Shown here in pieces: positions 8,690 to 18,391 of a DNA stretch of 64,000 nucleotides. The DNA is from Bacteroidales bacterium. Lineage in GTDB: Bacteria; Bacteroidota; Bacteroidia; Bacteroidales; F082. Made by a program: the position numbers and the translations under genes. Every line of letters starts with the position of its first letter. The first letter of the stretch is position 1. The stretch is taken from the NCBI GenBank assembly GCA_015489465.1, contig WFZS01000119.1, positions 1,848-65,847 of the forward strand, given 5' to 3'. The notes under the pieces are model-generated. The model had not been told where the DNA came from. It made no database searches and saw only the letters and a list, made by a program, of their open reading frames with translations.

Positions 8690-9931
8690 ATGAGGCTGAG
8701 AAATTCAAACAAGCGAAAAATATTCAACGACCCCGTTTACGGATTTATAACCATTCCCGACGAAAGAATTTTCGATATAATAGAACACCCCTATTTTCAA
8801 AGACTGCGGAGGATAAAACAGTTGGGATTAACACATCTTGTATATCCGGGTGCGTTACATACCCGGTTTCATCACTCGTTGGGAGCTATGCATCTGATGA
8901 GTCGGGCTTTATTGGAACTTAAACAAAAAGGTCATAAAATATCACGTAAAGAGTACAGGGGAGCGTTAATTGCCATTTTATTGCACGATATCGGCCACGG
9001 ACCGTATTCGCACGCTTTGGAACACGCTATCGTAAAAAGTGTTAATCATGAGGAGATTTCTAAAATTTTCATTAACAAACTCAACGAAATATTTGACGGA
9101 AAATTAAAATTAGCCGTAAAAATTTTTGAAGACAGGTACGAGAGGAGATTTTTTCATAAGCTAATCTCGGGGCAATTCGATATGGACAGACTTGACTATC
9201 TTAAACGTGACAGCTTTTTCACAGGAGTTTCGGAAGGTATAGTTAACTACGAACGTCTGCTCAATATGCTTGAAATAGTTGACGACGGACCGGTTATAGA
9301 AGCCAAAGGAATTTATTCTGTGGAAAAGTTCATTACCGCCCGCAGGCTAATGTATTGGCAAGTTTATTTGCATAAAACGGTCCTTTCCGCCGAATATATG
9401 ATAACAAAAGTCCTTGAAAGGGCAAAAAAACTGGCAATGGGAGGAGAAAAACTTTATGCAAGTCCGGCATTGGAATTCTTTTTAAAAAACGAAATAACTT
9501 TAGAAGATTTCAAAAACAATGAGGTTTTGGACATCTTTTCACGTCTTGACGATTACGACATCTTTTCGGCGCTTAAAGTATGGAGTGATCATAACGATTA
9601 TATTTTATCATATCTGAGCAATGCACTGGTTAACAGAAAACTTTTCAGAATAGAACTTCAAAACGAGCCTTTTGAAGAAGATTATATCGATTCGATAAAG
9701 GAAAAGATAAAATCGAAATACAATTTGAGTGATGATGAGGTTACTTATTTCTGTTTCCACGATAAAACATCAAACTACACATACAAACCCGATTCCGACA
9801 ACATAAATATTTTGTTTAAAGACGGCAGCGTTAAAGATATTGCCGAGGCATCCGATCAACTTAACATTGCACTGTTAGACAAACCCACAACAAAATATTT
9901 TGTTTGTTATCCGAAAGAAATAACAGTTTGA
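8690..9931 (+). CDS. HD-domain phosphohydrolase (SAMHD1/dGTPase-like)
   Basis: Motifs FHHSLGAMH, LLHDIGHGPYSH and DMDRLDYLKRD. Confidence 0.8.
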   Translation: MRLRNSNKRKIFNDPVYGFITIPDERIFDIIEHPYFQRLRRIKQLGLTHLVYPGALHTRFHHSLGAMHLMSRALLELKQKGHKISRKEYRGALIAILLHDIGHGPYSHALEHAIVKSVNHEEISKIFINKLNEIFDGKLKLAVKIFEDRYERRFFHKLISGQFDMDRLDYLKRDSFFTGVSEGIVNYERLLNMLEIVDDGPVIEAKGIYSVEKFITARRLMYWQVYLHKTVLSAEYMITKVLERAKKLAMGGEKLYASPALEFFLKNEITLEDFKNNEVLDIFSRLDDYDIFSALKVWSDHNDYILSYLSNALVNRKLFRIELQNEPFEEDYIDSIKEKIKSKYNLSDDEVTYFCFHDKTSNYTYKPDSDNINILFKDGSVKDIAEASDQLNIALLDKPTTKYFVCYPKEITV

Positions 9932-10064
9932 AAAAACACTAATAAGACAAAAACCACCGACAACATAAATTTTACTGTATAATATACTCTTACTTTTTAT
10001 AAAACCGTTATAAGTTTTACTAACTTTGTGCTATAAACAAAATTAAGAATTAAAAATTAAAACA

Positions 10065-10535
10065 ATGGAACTGGAAAAATTAATAAATAACGATCTCAAA
10101 GAGGCTATGAAGGCCAAAGACAAACGTAAGCTTGAAGCATTGCGTGCCATAAAATCGGCATTGCTTTTGGAAAAAACGGGAAAAGATGTTCCGGAAGGTG
10201 AAATACCTGACAGTGTTGAAGTAAAGCTACTTCGTAAACTTGTAAAACAGCGTAAAGATGCGGCGGCTATCTATCGCGAACAAAACCGCCCCGACCTTGC
10301 GGAAGAGGAAGAATATCAAGCATCGATAATCGAAAAATATCTCCCTCAACAGCTTACGGAAGAACAAGTGGAAATCATAATTGATAAAGTAATTCAGGAT
10401 ATGGAAGCAAAGTCTATGAAGGACATGGGAAAAGTTATGGGACAGGCAACAAAAGTCATTGCAGGACGTGCGGATAACAAACTTGTTTCACAGATAGTAC
10501 GCAAAAAACTTATGGAACTTGAGAAGCAACGTTAA
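10065..10535 (+). CDS. GatB/YqeY domain protein
   Basis: 156 aa; family similarity along the full length (LKEAMKAKD...ALRAIKSA...). Confidence 0.85.
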   Translation: MELEKLINNDLKEAMKAKDKRKLEALRAIKSALLLEKTGKDVPEGEIPDSVEVKLLRKLVKQRKDAAAIYREQNRPDLAEEEEYQASIIEKYLPQQLTEEQVEIIIDKVIQDMEAKSMKDMGKVMGQATKVIAGRADNKLVSQIVRKKLMELEKQR

Positions 10536-10553
10536 AGAATAATAAAATCAATT

Positions 10554-10592
10554 AAAAAACGGTTCGGGATTAAACCGGAACCGTTTTTTATT
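10554..10592 (+). terminator. intrinsic terminator after the yqeY-like gene
   Basis: AACGGTTCGGG / CCGGAACCGTT hairpin with one mismatch, followed by TTTTTTATTTTT. Confidence 0.6.
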
Positions 10593-10764
10593 TTTCAAAA
10601 CACATCTTTTTTAACAATATATTATGCACATACAATACTGAAATACAAATACTTACCACCTTTTAAAATCCTGATGGCGACATCAGTTTTCGCTATAACA
10701 AATTTTAATTATTACATTACAGACAAATTGTCACCTTTTCTATCAAACAGATTGGTTATTTACC

Positions 10765-10772
10765 TATTTTTG
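10765..10772 (+). promoter_or_regulatory. -7 promoter box TATTTTTG upstream of pheT
   Basis: TAnnTTTG match, 33 nt before the pheT ATG. Confidence 0.35.
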
Positions 10773-10805
10773 CATTTTTAAATAAAACAGAAAAACAATC
10801 AGCAG

Positions 10806-13262
10806 ATGAAGTTATCGTACAATTGGTTAAAACAATATATCGACCTTGATGTTGACCCGCACGAGTTATCGACAATACTTACCGACATAGGTCTCGAAGT
10901 TGAAGGTATGGAGAAATTCCAATCTGTTAAAGGAGGATTGGAAGGTGTTGTTATCGGAGAAGTTTTAACTTGCAAACCTCACGAGAATGCCGACAAGCTG
11001 AGTGTAACAACAGTTAAAGTAGGCGATAAAGTGTTACCGATAGTTTGTGGAGCTCCTAATGTGGCAGAAGGTCAGAAAGTTTTGGTTGCGACCGTTGGAA
11101 CGGTGCTTTACGACGGCGATAACGAGTTTAAAATAAAGAAAGCGAAAATTCGCGGTGAAGTTTCCGAAGGAATGATTTGCGCCGAAGATGAACTTGGACT
11201 GGGCACTTCACACGACGGGATTATGGTACTTCCCGATGATGCTCCGGTGGGAAAACCGGCAAAAGAATATATAAAAATAGAGGAAGACTGGGTTTACGAG
11301 ATAGGTTTAACTCCCAACCGCTCCGATGCTGCATCACATATAGGCTCGGCACGCGACCTTGTAGCAGGCCTTAACCAATTGAAAAACACACGCAATTATA
11401 AATTACATATTCCTCCGGTTGACGATTTTACAGTTGACAACCACGACTTGGATATCGATGTTATTGTTGAAGATACAGATGCATGTCCCAGATATTCAGG
11501 TGTTACTTTAACGGGAATTGAAGTTAAAGAATCGCCCGAATGGTTACAAAACAGACTAAAAGCCATCGGTTTACGACCGATAAACAACATTGTTGACATT
11601 ACAAATTTCGTACTTCACGAAACGGGTCACCCTTTGCATGCTTTTGATGCGGCCAAAATAAAAGGTAACAAAGTGGTAGTTAAAAAACTACCTTCAGACA
11701 CTCCGTTTGTTACCCTTGACGAGATGGAACGCAAACTGCATCCGCAAGATCTTATGATTTGTAACGAAGAAGAAGGTATGTGTATAGCGGGAGTATTCGG
11801 AGGAGCAGAATCGGGTGTTACCGAAAAAACAACTTCCGTATTTTTGGAAAGTGCATATTTCGACCCGACACATATCCGTAAAACTTCAAAACGTCATACA
11901 CTTCAAACCGATGCTTCGTTCAGATTCGAACGCGGTGCCGACCCCAACATAACCATTTATGCTTTAAAACGTGCTGCGCTTCTTATAAAAGAACTTGCCG
12001 GTGGTAAAATATCGTCTGAAATAAAAGATGTTTATCCTAACCCAATTGAAAAATGGACGATAGACATAAACTTTGAGAGGATAAACAAACTCATAGGCCA
12101 AGAGATTGACAAAAACACAATATCGAATATTTTAACCGACCTCGGAATAGAAATAATCAGTTCCGGTGAAAAGGGTATGAAACTCCTTGTTCCTACTTTT
12201 AAAGTTGATGTAAAAAGAGAAGTTGATATCGTTGAGGAAATTTTGAGAATTTACGGTTATAACAATGTTGATATCCCGGAAAAAGTAAACATTTCGGTAA
12301 ATATCCGTAAAAAACCCGACCCGGAAAAGGTGCAAAATATAATCTCGGATTACCTTGTGGGACAAGGTTTTGTTGAAATAATGAATAACTCGCTGACAAA
12401 ATCGGAATACATCGAAAAGAACAAAGAGTTTGACAGCGACAACTCCGTTGAACTGTTAAATCCTTTAAGCAAAGATTTGGATATTTTAAGGCAAACGCTT
12501 CTTTTCGGAGGTCTGGAAGTTATTAATTACAACAGTAACCGTAAAATAAACGACCTTAAAATTTTTGAATTCGGTAAAGTTTATAAACGTAAATCAGCTG
12601 CACAAAAAGGTTCAGGAATTGAAAACTATTCCGAAGAAAAACGCCTTGCCATATTTGTGACGGGCAAACTGGAAGAAGAAAACTGGAATTCCACTAATTC
12701 AAAAGCCGATTTCTTTGTTTTAAAAGGCATTGTGGAAAGTATTTTAAAAAGGTTGGGCATCGACAGGAAAGAGCTTGCTTTAAAGGAAGGCGGTAATTCA
12801 AATTACACCTATTCGTACGAATATTCGACTAACGATAAAAATTTTATTACGATAGCAGAAGTTGATAAAAAACTTTTGAAAAGTTTCGATATAAAACAAC
12901 CCGTTTTTATTGCCGATATTAATTGGGATTTGATGTTTTCGTTAATACCGGCACATGATCTTACTTACAAACCCATTTCAAAATTCCCTGCCGTACGCAG
13001 AGACCTTGCTTTGGTTGTGGATAAATCCGTAACTTTTGATAAACTCAAAGAGACAGCCGAAAAAGCGGAAAGAAAACTTTTGAAAAAGGTTGGTATCTTT
13101 GATATATACGAAGGCGACAAAATCCCGGAAGGCAAAAAGTCGTATGCCTTGATGTTTATTTTACAAGACGAAAACAAAACATTAACGGATAAAATCATCG
13201 ACAAAACGATGAAGAGAATTTTGCAAGCTCTCGAGAAAGAAACCGGTGCTCAATTAAGATAA
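10806..13262 (+). CDS. pheT: phenylalanine--tRNA ligase beta subunit
   Basis: 818 aa. N-terminal MKLSYNWLKQYIDL, tRNA-binding domain, B3/4, B5 and FDX-ACB regions. Confidence 0.95.
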   Translation: MKLSYNWLKQYIDLDVDPHELSTILTDIGLEVEGMEKFQSVKGGLEGVVIGEVLTCKPHENADKLSVTTVKVGDKVLPIVCGAPNVAEGQKVLVATVGTVLYDGDNEFKIKKAKIRGEVSEGMICAEDELGLGTSHDGIMVLPDDAPVGKPAKEYIKIEEDWVYEIGLTPNRSDAASHIGSARDLVAGLNQLKNTRNYKLHIPPVDDFTVDNHDLDIDVIVEDTDACPRYSGVTLTGIEVKESPEWLQNRLKAIGLRPINNIVDITNFVLHETGHPLHAFDAAKIKGNKVVVKKLPSDTPFVTLDEMERKLHPQDLMICNEEEGMCIAGVFGGAESGVTEKTTSVFLESAYFDPTHIRKTSKRHTLQTDASFRFERGADPNITIYALKRAALLIKELAGGKISSEIKDVYPNPIEKWTIDINFERINKLIGQEIDKNTISNILTDLGIEIISSGEKGMKLLVPTFKVDVKREVDIVEEILRIYGYNNVDIPEKVNISVNIRKKPDPEKVQNIISDYLVGQGFVEIMNNSLTKSEYIEKNKEFDSDNSVELLNPLSKDLDILRQTLLFGGLEVINYNSNRKINDLKIFEFGKVYKRKSAAQKGSGIENYSEEKRLAIFVTGKLEEENWNSTNSKADFFVLKGIVESILKRLGIDRKELALKEGGNSNYTYSYEYSTNDKNFITIAEVDKKLLKSFDIKQPVFIADINWDLMFSLIPAHDLTYKPISKFPAVRRDLALVVDKSVTFDKLKETAEKAERKLLKKVGIFDIYEGDKIPEGKKSYALMFILQDENKTLTDKIIDKTMKRILQALEKETGAQLR

Positions 13263-13281
13263 CAATAAAAAACTATTTCTG

Positions 13282-14517
13282 ATGGATATTCAAAGTGTGA
13301 AATTAAGATTCGGAATAATAGGTAATTCACCTTTATTAAACCGGGCAATTAACATAGCCATGCAAGTGGCACCTACCGACCTAACGGTATTGGTTACCGG
13401 CGAGAGCGGAACGGGTAAAGAGGTTTTCCCGAAAATAATCCATCAGTTAAGTAAACGTAAACACGGGAACTTTATAGCCGTTAACTGCGGTGCCATTCCG
13501 GAAGGTACGATAGATTCCGAACTTTTCGGACATGAAAAAGGATCATTTACCGGAGCTCACGAAACAAGAAAAGGGTATTTTGAAGTTGCTAACGGAGGCA
13601 CCATTTTTCTTGACGAAGTAGCCGAACTTCCTCTGTCAACACAGGTTAGATTGTTACGTGTTTTGGAAACCGGTGAATTTTTGAAAGTAGGTTCATCCAA
13701 AGTTCAAAAAACGGATGTAAGGGTTGTTGCGGCAACTAACGTGAATATTCCCAAATCTATTCAAGAAGGGAAGTTCAGGGAAGATCTTTATTACAGGTTA
13801 AATACTATACCCATTTACATTCCTCCGTTGCGTGAAAGAAAAGAGGACATACATCTGCTTTTCAGAAAATTTGCCGCCGATTTCGCAGAAAAATACAGGA
13901 TGCCTCCTTTACGCCTAACTCCCGATGCTGTAAAGGTTCTGGAAAACTATTATTGGCCGGGCAACATTCGTCAGCTTAAAAACGTAACAGAACAAATATC
14001 CATAATAGAAACCAACAAAGAGATAGATGCCGAAACATTGAAAAAGTATCTGCCCGACGAAAACTGGAACGAACTACCAGTACTTTACAACAAAAAGGAA
14101 AAAGAAAGCATTTCGGAAAGAGAATTATTGTACAAAATACTTTTCGATATGCAAAAAGACCTTTTGGAGTTGAAGAAAATAGTTTACTCCAACATTGCTA
14201 ATAAACCTGAATCCACTACTACCGGTTACCCCGTCATAAAAGATCCGGGAATACAATTACCTGCTGAACCGGTAATTCCCGGCAACATCGTAACCGATAC
14301 GGGAGATGTAAAAATTATTTCAAACCCTGTAAATGACGGCGACATAATTGCCGAACCCGAAATAATTGAAGAATCGTTATCATTACAAGATAAAGAGAGG
14401 GAAATGATAAAAAAGGCTTTAAACAAACATAACGGCAAAAGAAAAGCCGCGGCAAAAGATTTGGGAATTTCGGAAAGAACACTTTACAGAAAAATCAAGG
14501 AATATAATATCAAATAA
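13282..14517 (+). CDS. sigma-54-dependent transcriptional activator (AAA+ plus Fis-type HTH, no N-terminal sensor domain)
   Basis: Walker A GESGTGKE at aa 40-47, GSFTGA loop at aa 87-92, FLDE Walker B, C-terminal HTH (AAKDLGISERTLYRKIKEY). Confidence 0.85.
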   Translation: MDIQSVKLRFGIIGNSPLLNRAINIAMQVAPTDLTVLVTGESGTGKEVFPKIIHQLSKRKHGNFIAVNCGAIPEGTIDSELFGHEKGSFTGAHETRKGYFEVANGGTIFLDEVAELPLSTQVRLLRVLETGEFLKVGSSKVQKTDVRVVAATNVNIPKSIQEGKFREDLYYRLNTIPIYIPPLRERKEDIHLLFRKFAADFAEKYRMPPLRLTPDAVKVLENYYWPGNIRQLKNVTEQISIIETNKEIDAETLKKYLPDENWNELPVLYNKKEKESISERELLYKILFDMQKDLLELKKIVYSNIANKPESTTTGYPVIKDPGIQLPAEPVIPGNIVTDTGDVKIISNPVNDGDIIAEPEIIEESLSLQDKEREMIKKALNKHNGKRKAAAKDLGISERTLYRKIKEYNIK

Positions 14518-15057
14518 TTGAAAACACTGTGGCATATATCAAAAGTTAAAGCCGTAAAACCGCTAAAATCAGGTTTTATCATAATAGCAGTCGTATTTTT
14601 GCAAGCCTGCGGGGTTTATTCTTTTACAGGCGCTTCCGTACCGCCACAGGCAAAAACCATGTCTATCGGGTTTTTTACTAATAAAGCCAAACTCGTTGAA
14701 CCTACATTAAGCCCTGTATTTACAGATATTTTAAGGGATAAGTTCACAACACAGCTTAACCTTAACATGGTTGAACGAAACGGCGACCTGGACATTCAGG
14801 GTGAAATTGTAAAATACCAAATAAAACCAGTCGCTATTCAAGGTGACCAAACAGCTGCACTTAACAGATTGTCGATAACGGTAAAAGTTCGATTTACAAA
14901 CAAATACGAACCTGACAAGGATTTCGAACAAAACTTTACGGAGTTTGCCGACTATTCATCCACACAAGATTTTAACTCTGTAAAAGCGGGACTTATAGAG
15001 GCAATATCCAATGCCCTGGCCGATGATATTTTTAACAAAGCGGTAGTTAACTGGTAA
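14518..15057 (+). CDS. lptE: LptE-family LPS-assembly lipoprotein
   Basis: Lipobox VFLQAC followed by YSFTGAS...NRLSITVKVRFTN, typical of Bacteroidota LptE. The TTG start directly abuts the stop of the EBP gene, so the exact start is uncertain. Confidence 0.7.
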   Translation: MKTLWHISKVKAVKPLKSGFIIIAVVFLQACGVYSFTGASVPPQAKTMSIGFFTNKAKLVEPTLSPVFTDILRDKFTTQLNLNMVERNGDLDIQGEIVKYQIKPVAIQGDQTAALNRLSITVKVRFTNKYEPDKDFEQNFTEFADYSSTQDFNSVKAGLIEAISNALADDIFNKAVVNW

Positions 15058-15101
15058 TTTAAACTTTGACCGTTTGATAAAAGTATTACCTAAAAAATAA
15101 A

Positions 15102-15109
15102 TACCTTTG
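15102..15109 (+). promoter_or_regulatory. -7 promoter box TACCTTTG
   Basis: TAnnTTTG match, 25 nt before ATG 15135. Confidence 0.35.
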
Positions 15110-15134
15110 CAATCGGCTTCACGTGACATCATTT

Positions 15135-15878
15135 ATGAATAGCGACCGATTCATATCATATCTGAAAAAACCGGAACTTTTAAACGAAGATTCCATAAAG
15201 GAACTTACCGGTTTGGTTGAAGATTTCCCCTATTTTCAATCAGCCAGGTTGTTGCTAACCATAAACTTGTTTAAAGAAAAAGACATTCATTATCATTCCG
15301 TGCTAAAAAAAACCGCAATATATGCAGGTAGCAGAAACGTATTGAAAAAACATATTGACGCCATTGAAAATTTACCGGGCAAAGCGGAATCGGTTAAAGA
15401 TCCGAAACTTGAAAAAACGGAAAAAACTACTGAAGATATTTCCGTCAAAAAAGATGGGCAAATAAAAGACAGTAGCACTGATAATCAAAATGTATCGTCA
15501 AATACAATAGAGGAACTGAAGAAAATCATCGAACAGAGAATTCGCGAAATAGAAGAGAAAAACAAGACAAAAGAAAAACCTGCAAAACCCGTTAATAAAA
15601 AGAAAAAATTTCAGTTAATAGATGAGTTTATAGCTAAACAACCTACGATATCACGACCCAAAGCAAAATTCTACGACCCGCTTGAAACGGCTAAAGAAAG
15701 CGTTGTGGAAAAAGAGGATATCGTTAGCGAAACCCTTGCCAAAATATATATGGATCAAGGGTATTTTGAGAAAGCTATCAAAATGTATGAAAAATTAATT
15801 TTGAAATTTCCGGAAAAAAGTAGTTACTTTGCAGCCCTTATTGAAAAGGCTAATAACGAGTTAAACAAAAAACAATAA
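15135..15878 (+). CDS. hypothetical protein with C-terminal TPR-like helix pair
   Basis: ORF with a K/E-rich low-complexity centre and a C-terminal YMDQGYFEKAIKMYEKLILKFPE. I prefer ATG 15135 to GTG 15123 because of the promoter box position. Confidence 0.6.
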   Translation: MNSDRFISYLKKPELLNEDSIKELTGLVEDFPYFQSARLLLTINLFKEKDIHYHSVLKKTAIYAGSRNVLKKHIDAIENLPGKAESVKDPKLEKTEKTTEDISVKKDGQIKDSSTDNQNVSSNTIEELKKIIEQRIREIEEKNKTKEKPAKPVNKKKKFQLIDEFIAKQPTISRPKAKFYDPLETAKESVVEKEDIVSETLAKIYMDQGYFEKAIKMYEKLILKFPEKSSYFAALIEKANNELNKKQ

Positions 15879-15881
15879 AAA

Positions 15882-16223
15882 ATGTACGCTTTATTTGAAG
15901 TTTTGATTTTAATCATAAGTATTTTGTTAGGATTAATAGTTTTGGTTCAGAATCCTAAAGGTGGTGGATTGGCAGCTAATTTCTCGGGAGGTAGTCAATT
16001 TATGGGTGTTCGTCAAACTGCCGACATGCTAGAAAAACTCACATGGGGTTTCGGAATAGGCATCTTGGTTTTAAGTTTGGTTATAAGTATGATAATTCCG
16101 CGTCAAATTTCAGCCGACGGACAACCCGATATTGAATTGAAAAACAAAGTGGAAAATACCACGGCTCCGGTTTCGTTACCTGCAGCACCGGCAACTAATG
16201 ACCAAAACGGACAGAAAAAATAA
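15882..16223 (+). CDS. secG: preprotein translocase subunit SecG
   Basis: 113 aa, two TM segments, with the LVQNPKGGG motif. Confidence 0.85.
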   Translation: MYALFEVLILIISILLGLIVLVQNPKGGGLAANFSGGSQFMGVRQTADMLEKLTWGFGIGILVLSLVISMIIPRQISADGQPDIELKNKVENTTAPVSLPAAPATNDQNGQKK

Positions 16224-16246
16224 AAAAGAAAAAAATATCATTTTTT

Positions 16247-16285
16247 AAATGTCAGAATGTCACCGATATTCTGACATTTTTTTTG
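16247..16285 (+). terminator. intrinsic terminator after secG
   Basis: Perfect 11-bp stem AATGTCAGAAT (16248-16258) / ATTCTGACATT (16268-16278), followed by a T-run. Confidence 0.8.
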
Positions 16286-16350
16286 CCGTAATGTTTGGCA
16301 CGGAATATGACAAAAGCAAGCAAAAAAACGAACTGTAAAATAACAACAAT

Positions 16351-16629
16351 ATGGCAAAATTAAACATTAAACCGCTGGGTGACAGGGTTGTAGTTGAACC
16401 CGTAGAAGCAGAACAAAAAACTGCCAGTGGAATTATCATACCTGACACGGCAAAAGAAAAGCCGTCGCAAGGTGTTGTTGTGGCAGTTCCTGATGCCAAT
16501 GAAGACAAAAAACCGGCTTTAAAAGTCGGCGATATGGTTCTTTACGGTAAATATGCAGGAACGGAAATTACAATAGACGGTAAAGAATATTTGATATTAA
16601 ACGAATCCGATATTCTGGCAGTTATTTAA
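16351..16629 (+). CDS. groES: co-chaperonin GroES
   Basis: 92 aa; [10 protein letters not shown]...[14 protein letters not shown]. Confidence 0.97.
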   Translation: MAKLNIKPLGDRVVVEPVEAEQKTASGIIIPDTAKEKPSQGVVVAVPDANEDKKPALKVGDMVLYGKYAGTEITIDGKEYLILNESDILAVI

Positions 16630-16674
16630 AATCAAGAAACAATTTAAAAAACAAACTAAAAAGGAGAAAAAAAT

Positions 16675-18315
16675 ATGGCAAAAGACATTTTATTCAATCA
16701 CGAAGCAAGAGAAGGCCTTAAAAAAGGTGTTGACGCTTTATCGAATGCAGTAAAAGTAACTTTAGGCCCAAAAGGTAGAAACGTTATAATCGACAAATCT
16801 TTCGGTGCACCTCAGGTAACCAAAGACGGTGTTACCGTGGCTAAAGAAATTGAACTTATTGACCCCGTTGAAAACATGGGTGCTCAAATGGTTAAAGAAG
16901 TGGCTTCAAAAACCAATGATGTTGCCGGAGACGGTACTACAACAGCTACCGTTTTGGCACAAGCTATTTTCAACACAGGTTTAAAAAACGTTACCGCAGG
17001 CGCCAATCCTATGGATTTGAAACGCGGTATTGACAAAGCCATCGACAAGGTTATTGAAAAGATAAAAGAAATGAGCCACGAAGTTGGCGACAGCACCGAA
17101 AAGATAGAACAAGTTGCTACTATTTCGGCAAACAACGACAGCACAATAGGTAAAATGATTGCCGAAGCTATGAGCAAAGTTAAAAAAGAAGGTGTTATCA
17201 CCATTGAAGAAGCTAAAGGTATAGAAACATACGTGGAAGTTGTTGAAGGTATGCAGTTCGACCGCGGTTACATTTCACCTTATTTCGTAACCGACACTGA
17301 AAAAATGACAACTGTTTTCGACAATCCGTTGATTCTTATTTACGATAAGAAGATTTCGGTAATGAAAGAGCTTCTTCCCATTTTGGAAAAAGCCGTTCAA
17401 ACCGGAAAACCTTTGCTTATCATAGCTGAGGATGTTGAAGGTGAAGCTTTGGCAACTCTTGTTGTTAACCGTTTACGCGGTTCACTCAAGATAGCTGCCG
17501 TTAAAGCTCCCGGATTTGGCGACAGAAGAAAAGAAATGCTTGAAGACATTGCTATCTTGACAGGTGGTGTTGTTATTTCGGAAGAAAAAGGTTACAAACT
17601 TGAAGACGCTACACTCGATATGTTGGGTGAAGCAGAAAAAGTAACCATTGACAAAGAAAACACCACCATCGTTAGCGGTAAAGGTGATCCGGAAGCTATT
17701 AAAGCTCGCGTTAAACAGATTAAAGCCCAGATTGAAACAACAACATCCGAATACGATAAAGAAAAACTTCAAGAACGTTTGGCTAAATTAGCCGGAGGTG
17801 TTGCGGTAATCTATGTTGGTGCTGCAAGTGAAGTTGAAATGAAAGAAAAGAAAGACCGTTTTGAAGATGCTCTTGCAGCTACACGTGCCGCCATCGAAGA
17901 AGGATTTATCCCCGGCGGTGGAGTAGCATTGTTACGTGCAGCATCGGTTCTTGAAGATCTTAAAGTCGAAAATGAAGATCAGGAAATAGGCGTTAACATT
18001 GTTAAACGCGCTATCGAAGAACCTTTGCGTATAATTGTTGAAAACGCAGGTCTTGAAGGTTCGGTTGTTGTTAACAAAGTTAAAGAAGGTAAAGACGACT
18101 TCGGTTTCAACGCAAGAACCGAAAAATATGAAAACCTTACCGAAGCAGGCGTTATCGATCCTACAAAAGTTACCCGTGTAGCTTTGGAAAACGCAGCTTC
18201 AGTAGCAGGAATGTTATTAACAACGGAATGTGTTTTGAGCGAACACAAAGAAGAAAATCCGGCTCCGGCAGCAGCAATGCCTCCTATGGGTGGCGGTATG
18301 CCGGGAATGATGTAA
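16675..18315 (+). CDS. groEL: chaperonin GroEL
   Basis: 546 aa; [14 protein letters not shown]; C-terminal GGGMPGMM tail. Confidence 0.98.
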   Translation: MAKDILFNHEAREGLKKGVDALSNAVKVTLGPKGRNVIIDKSFGAPQVTKDGVTVAKEIELIDPVENMGAQMVKEVASKTNDVAGDGTTTATVLAQAIFNTGLKNVTAGANPMDLKRGIDKAIDKVIEKIKEMSHEVGDSTEKIEQVATISANNDSTIGKMIAEAMSKVKKEGVITIEEAKGIETYVEVVEGMQFDRGYISPYFVTDTEKMTTVFDNPLILIYDKKISVMKELLPILEKAVQTGKPLLIIAEDVEGEALATLVVNRLRGSLKIAAVKAPGFGDRRKEMLEDIAILTGGVVISEEKGYKLEDATLDMLGEAEKVTIDKENTTIVSGKGDPEAIKARVKQIKAQIETTTSEYDKEKLQERLAKLAGGVAVIYVGAASEVEMKEKKDRFEDALAATRAAIEEGFIPGGGVALLRAASVLEDLKVENEDQEIGVNIVKRAIEEPLRIIVENAGLEGSVVVNKVKEGKDDFGFNARTEKYENLTEAGVIDPTKVTRVALENAASVAGMLLTTECVLSEHKEENPAPAAAMPPMGGGMPGMM

Positions 18316-18335
18316 TAAATCATCAGCTGTAAAAA

Positions 18336-18372
18336 CAAAACCCCGTTTCCTTTTCGAAGCGGGGTTTTTTAT
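18336..18372. terminator. bidirectional terminator between groEL and the peptidase gene
   Basis: AAAACCCCG...CGGGGTTTTTT hairpin with an A-run and a T-run on either side. Confidence 0.6.
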
Positions 18373-18391
18373 TATTAAAAATTATCAACTC

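Noticed and set aside
8690-9931. SAMHD1/dGTPase-like HD protein as a possible dNTP-depleting anti-phage gene
   Set aside because: It sits among housekeeping genes with no mobile or defence neighbours, and it looks like the conserved single-copy Bacteroidota HD phosphohydrolase. The window gives no evidence for a defence role.
10674-10781. 35-codon ORF upstream of pheT as a possible Phe leader peptide
   Set aside because: Its five Phe codons are scattered rather than clustered. No terminator or antiterminator follows, and the ORF runs through the predicted pheT promoter box.
16296-16311. TGGCACGGAATATGAC upstream of groES as a sigma-54 promoter, given the EBP gene nearby
   Set aside because: The -24 half matches TGGCACG, but the -12 half is ATGAC instead of TTGCW and lacks the conserved GC. 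A lone TGGCACG is expected by chance a few times in 64 kb.
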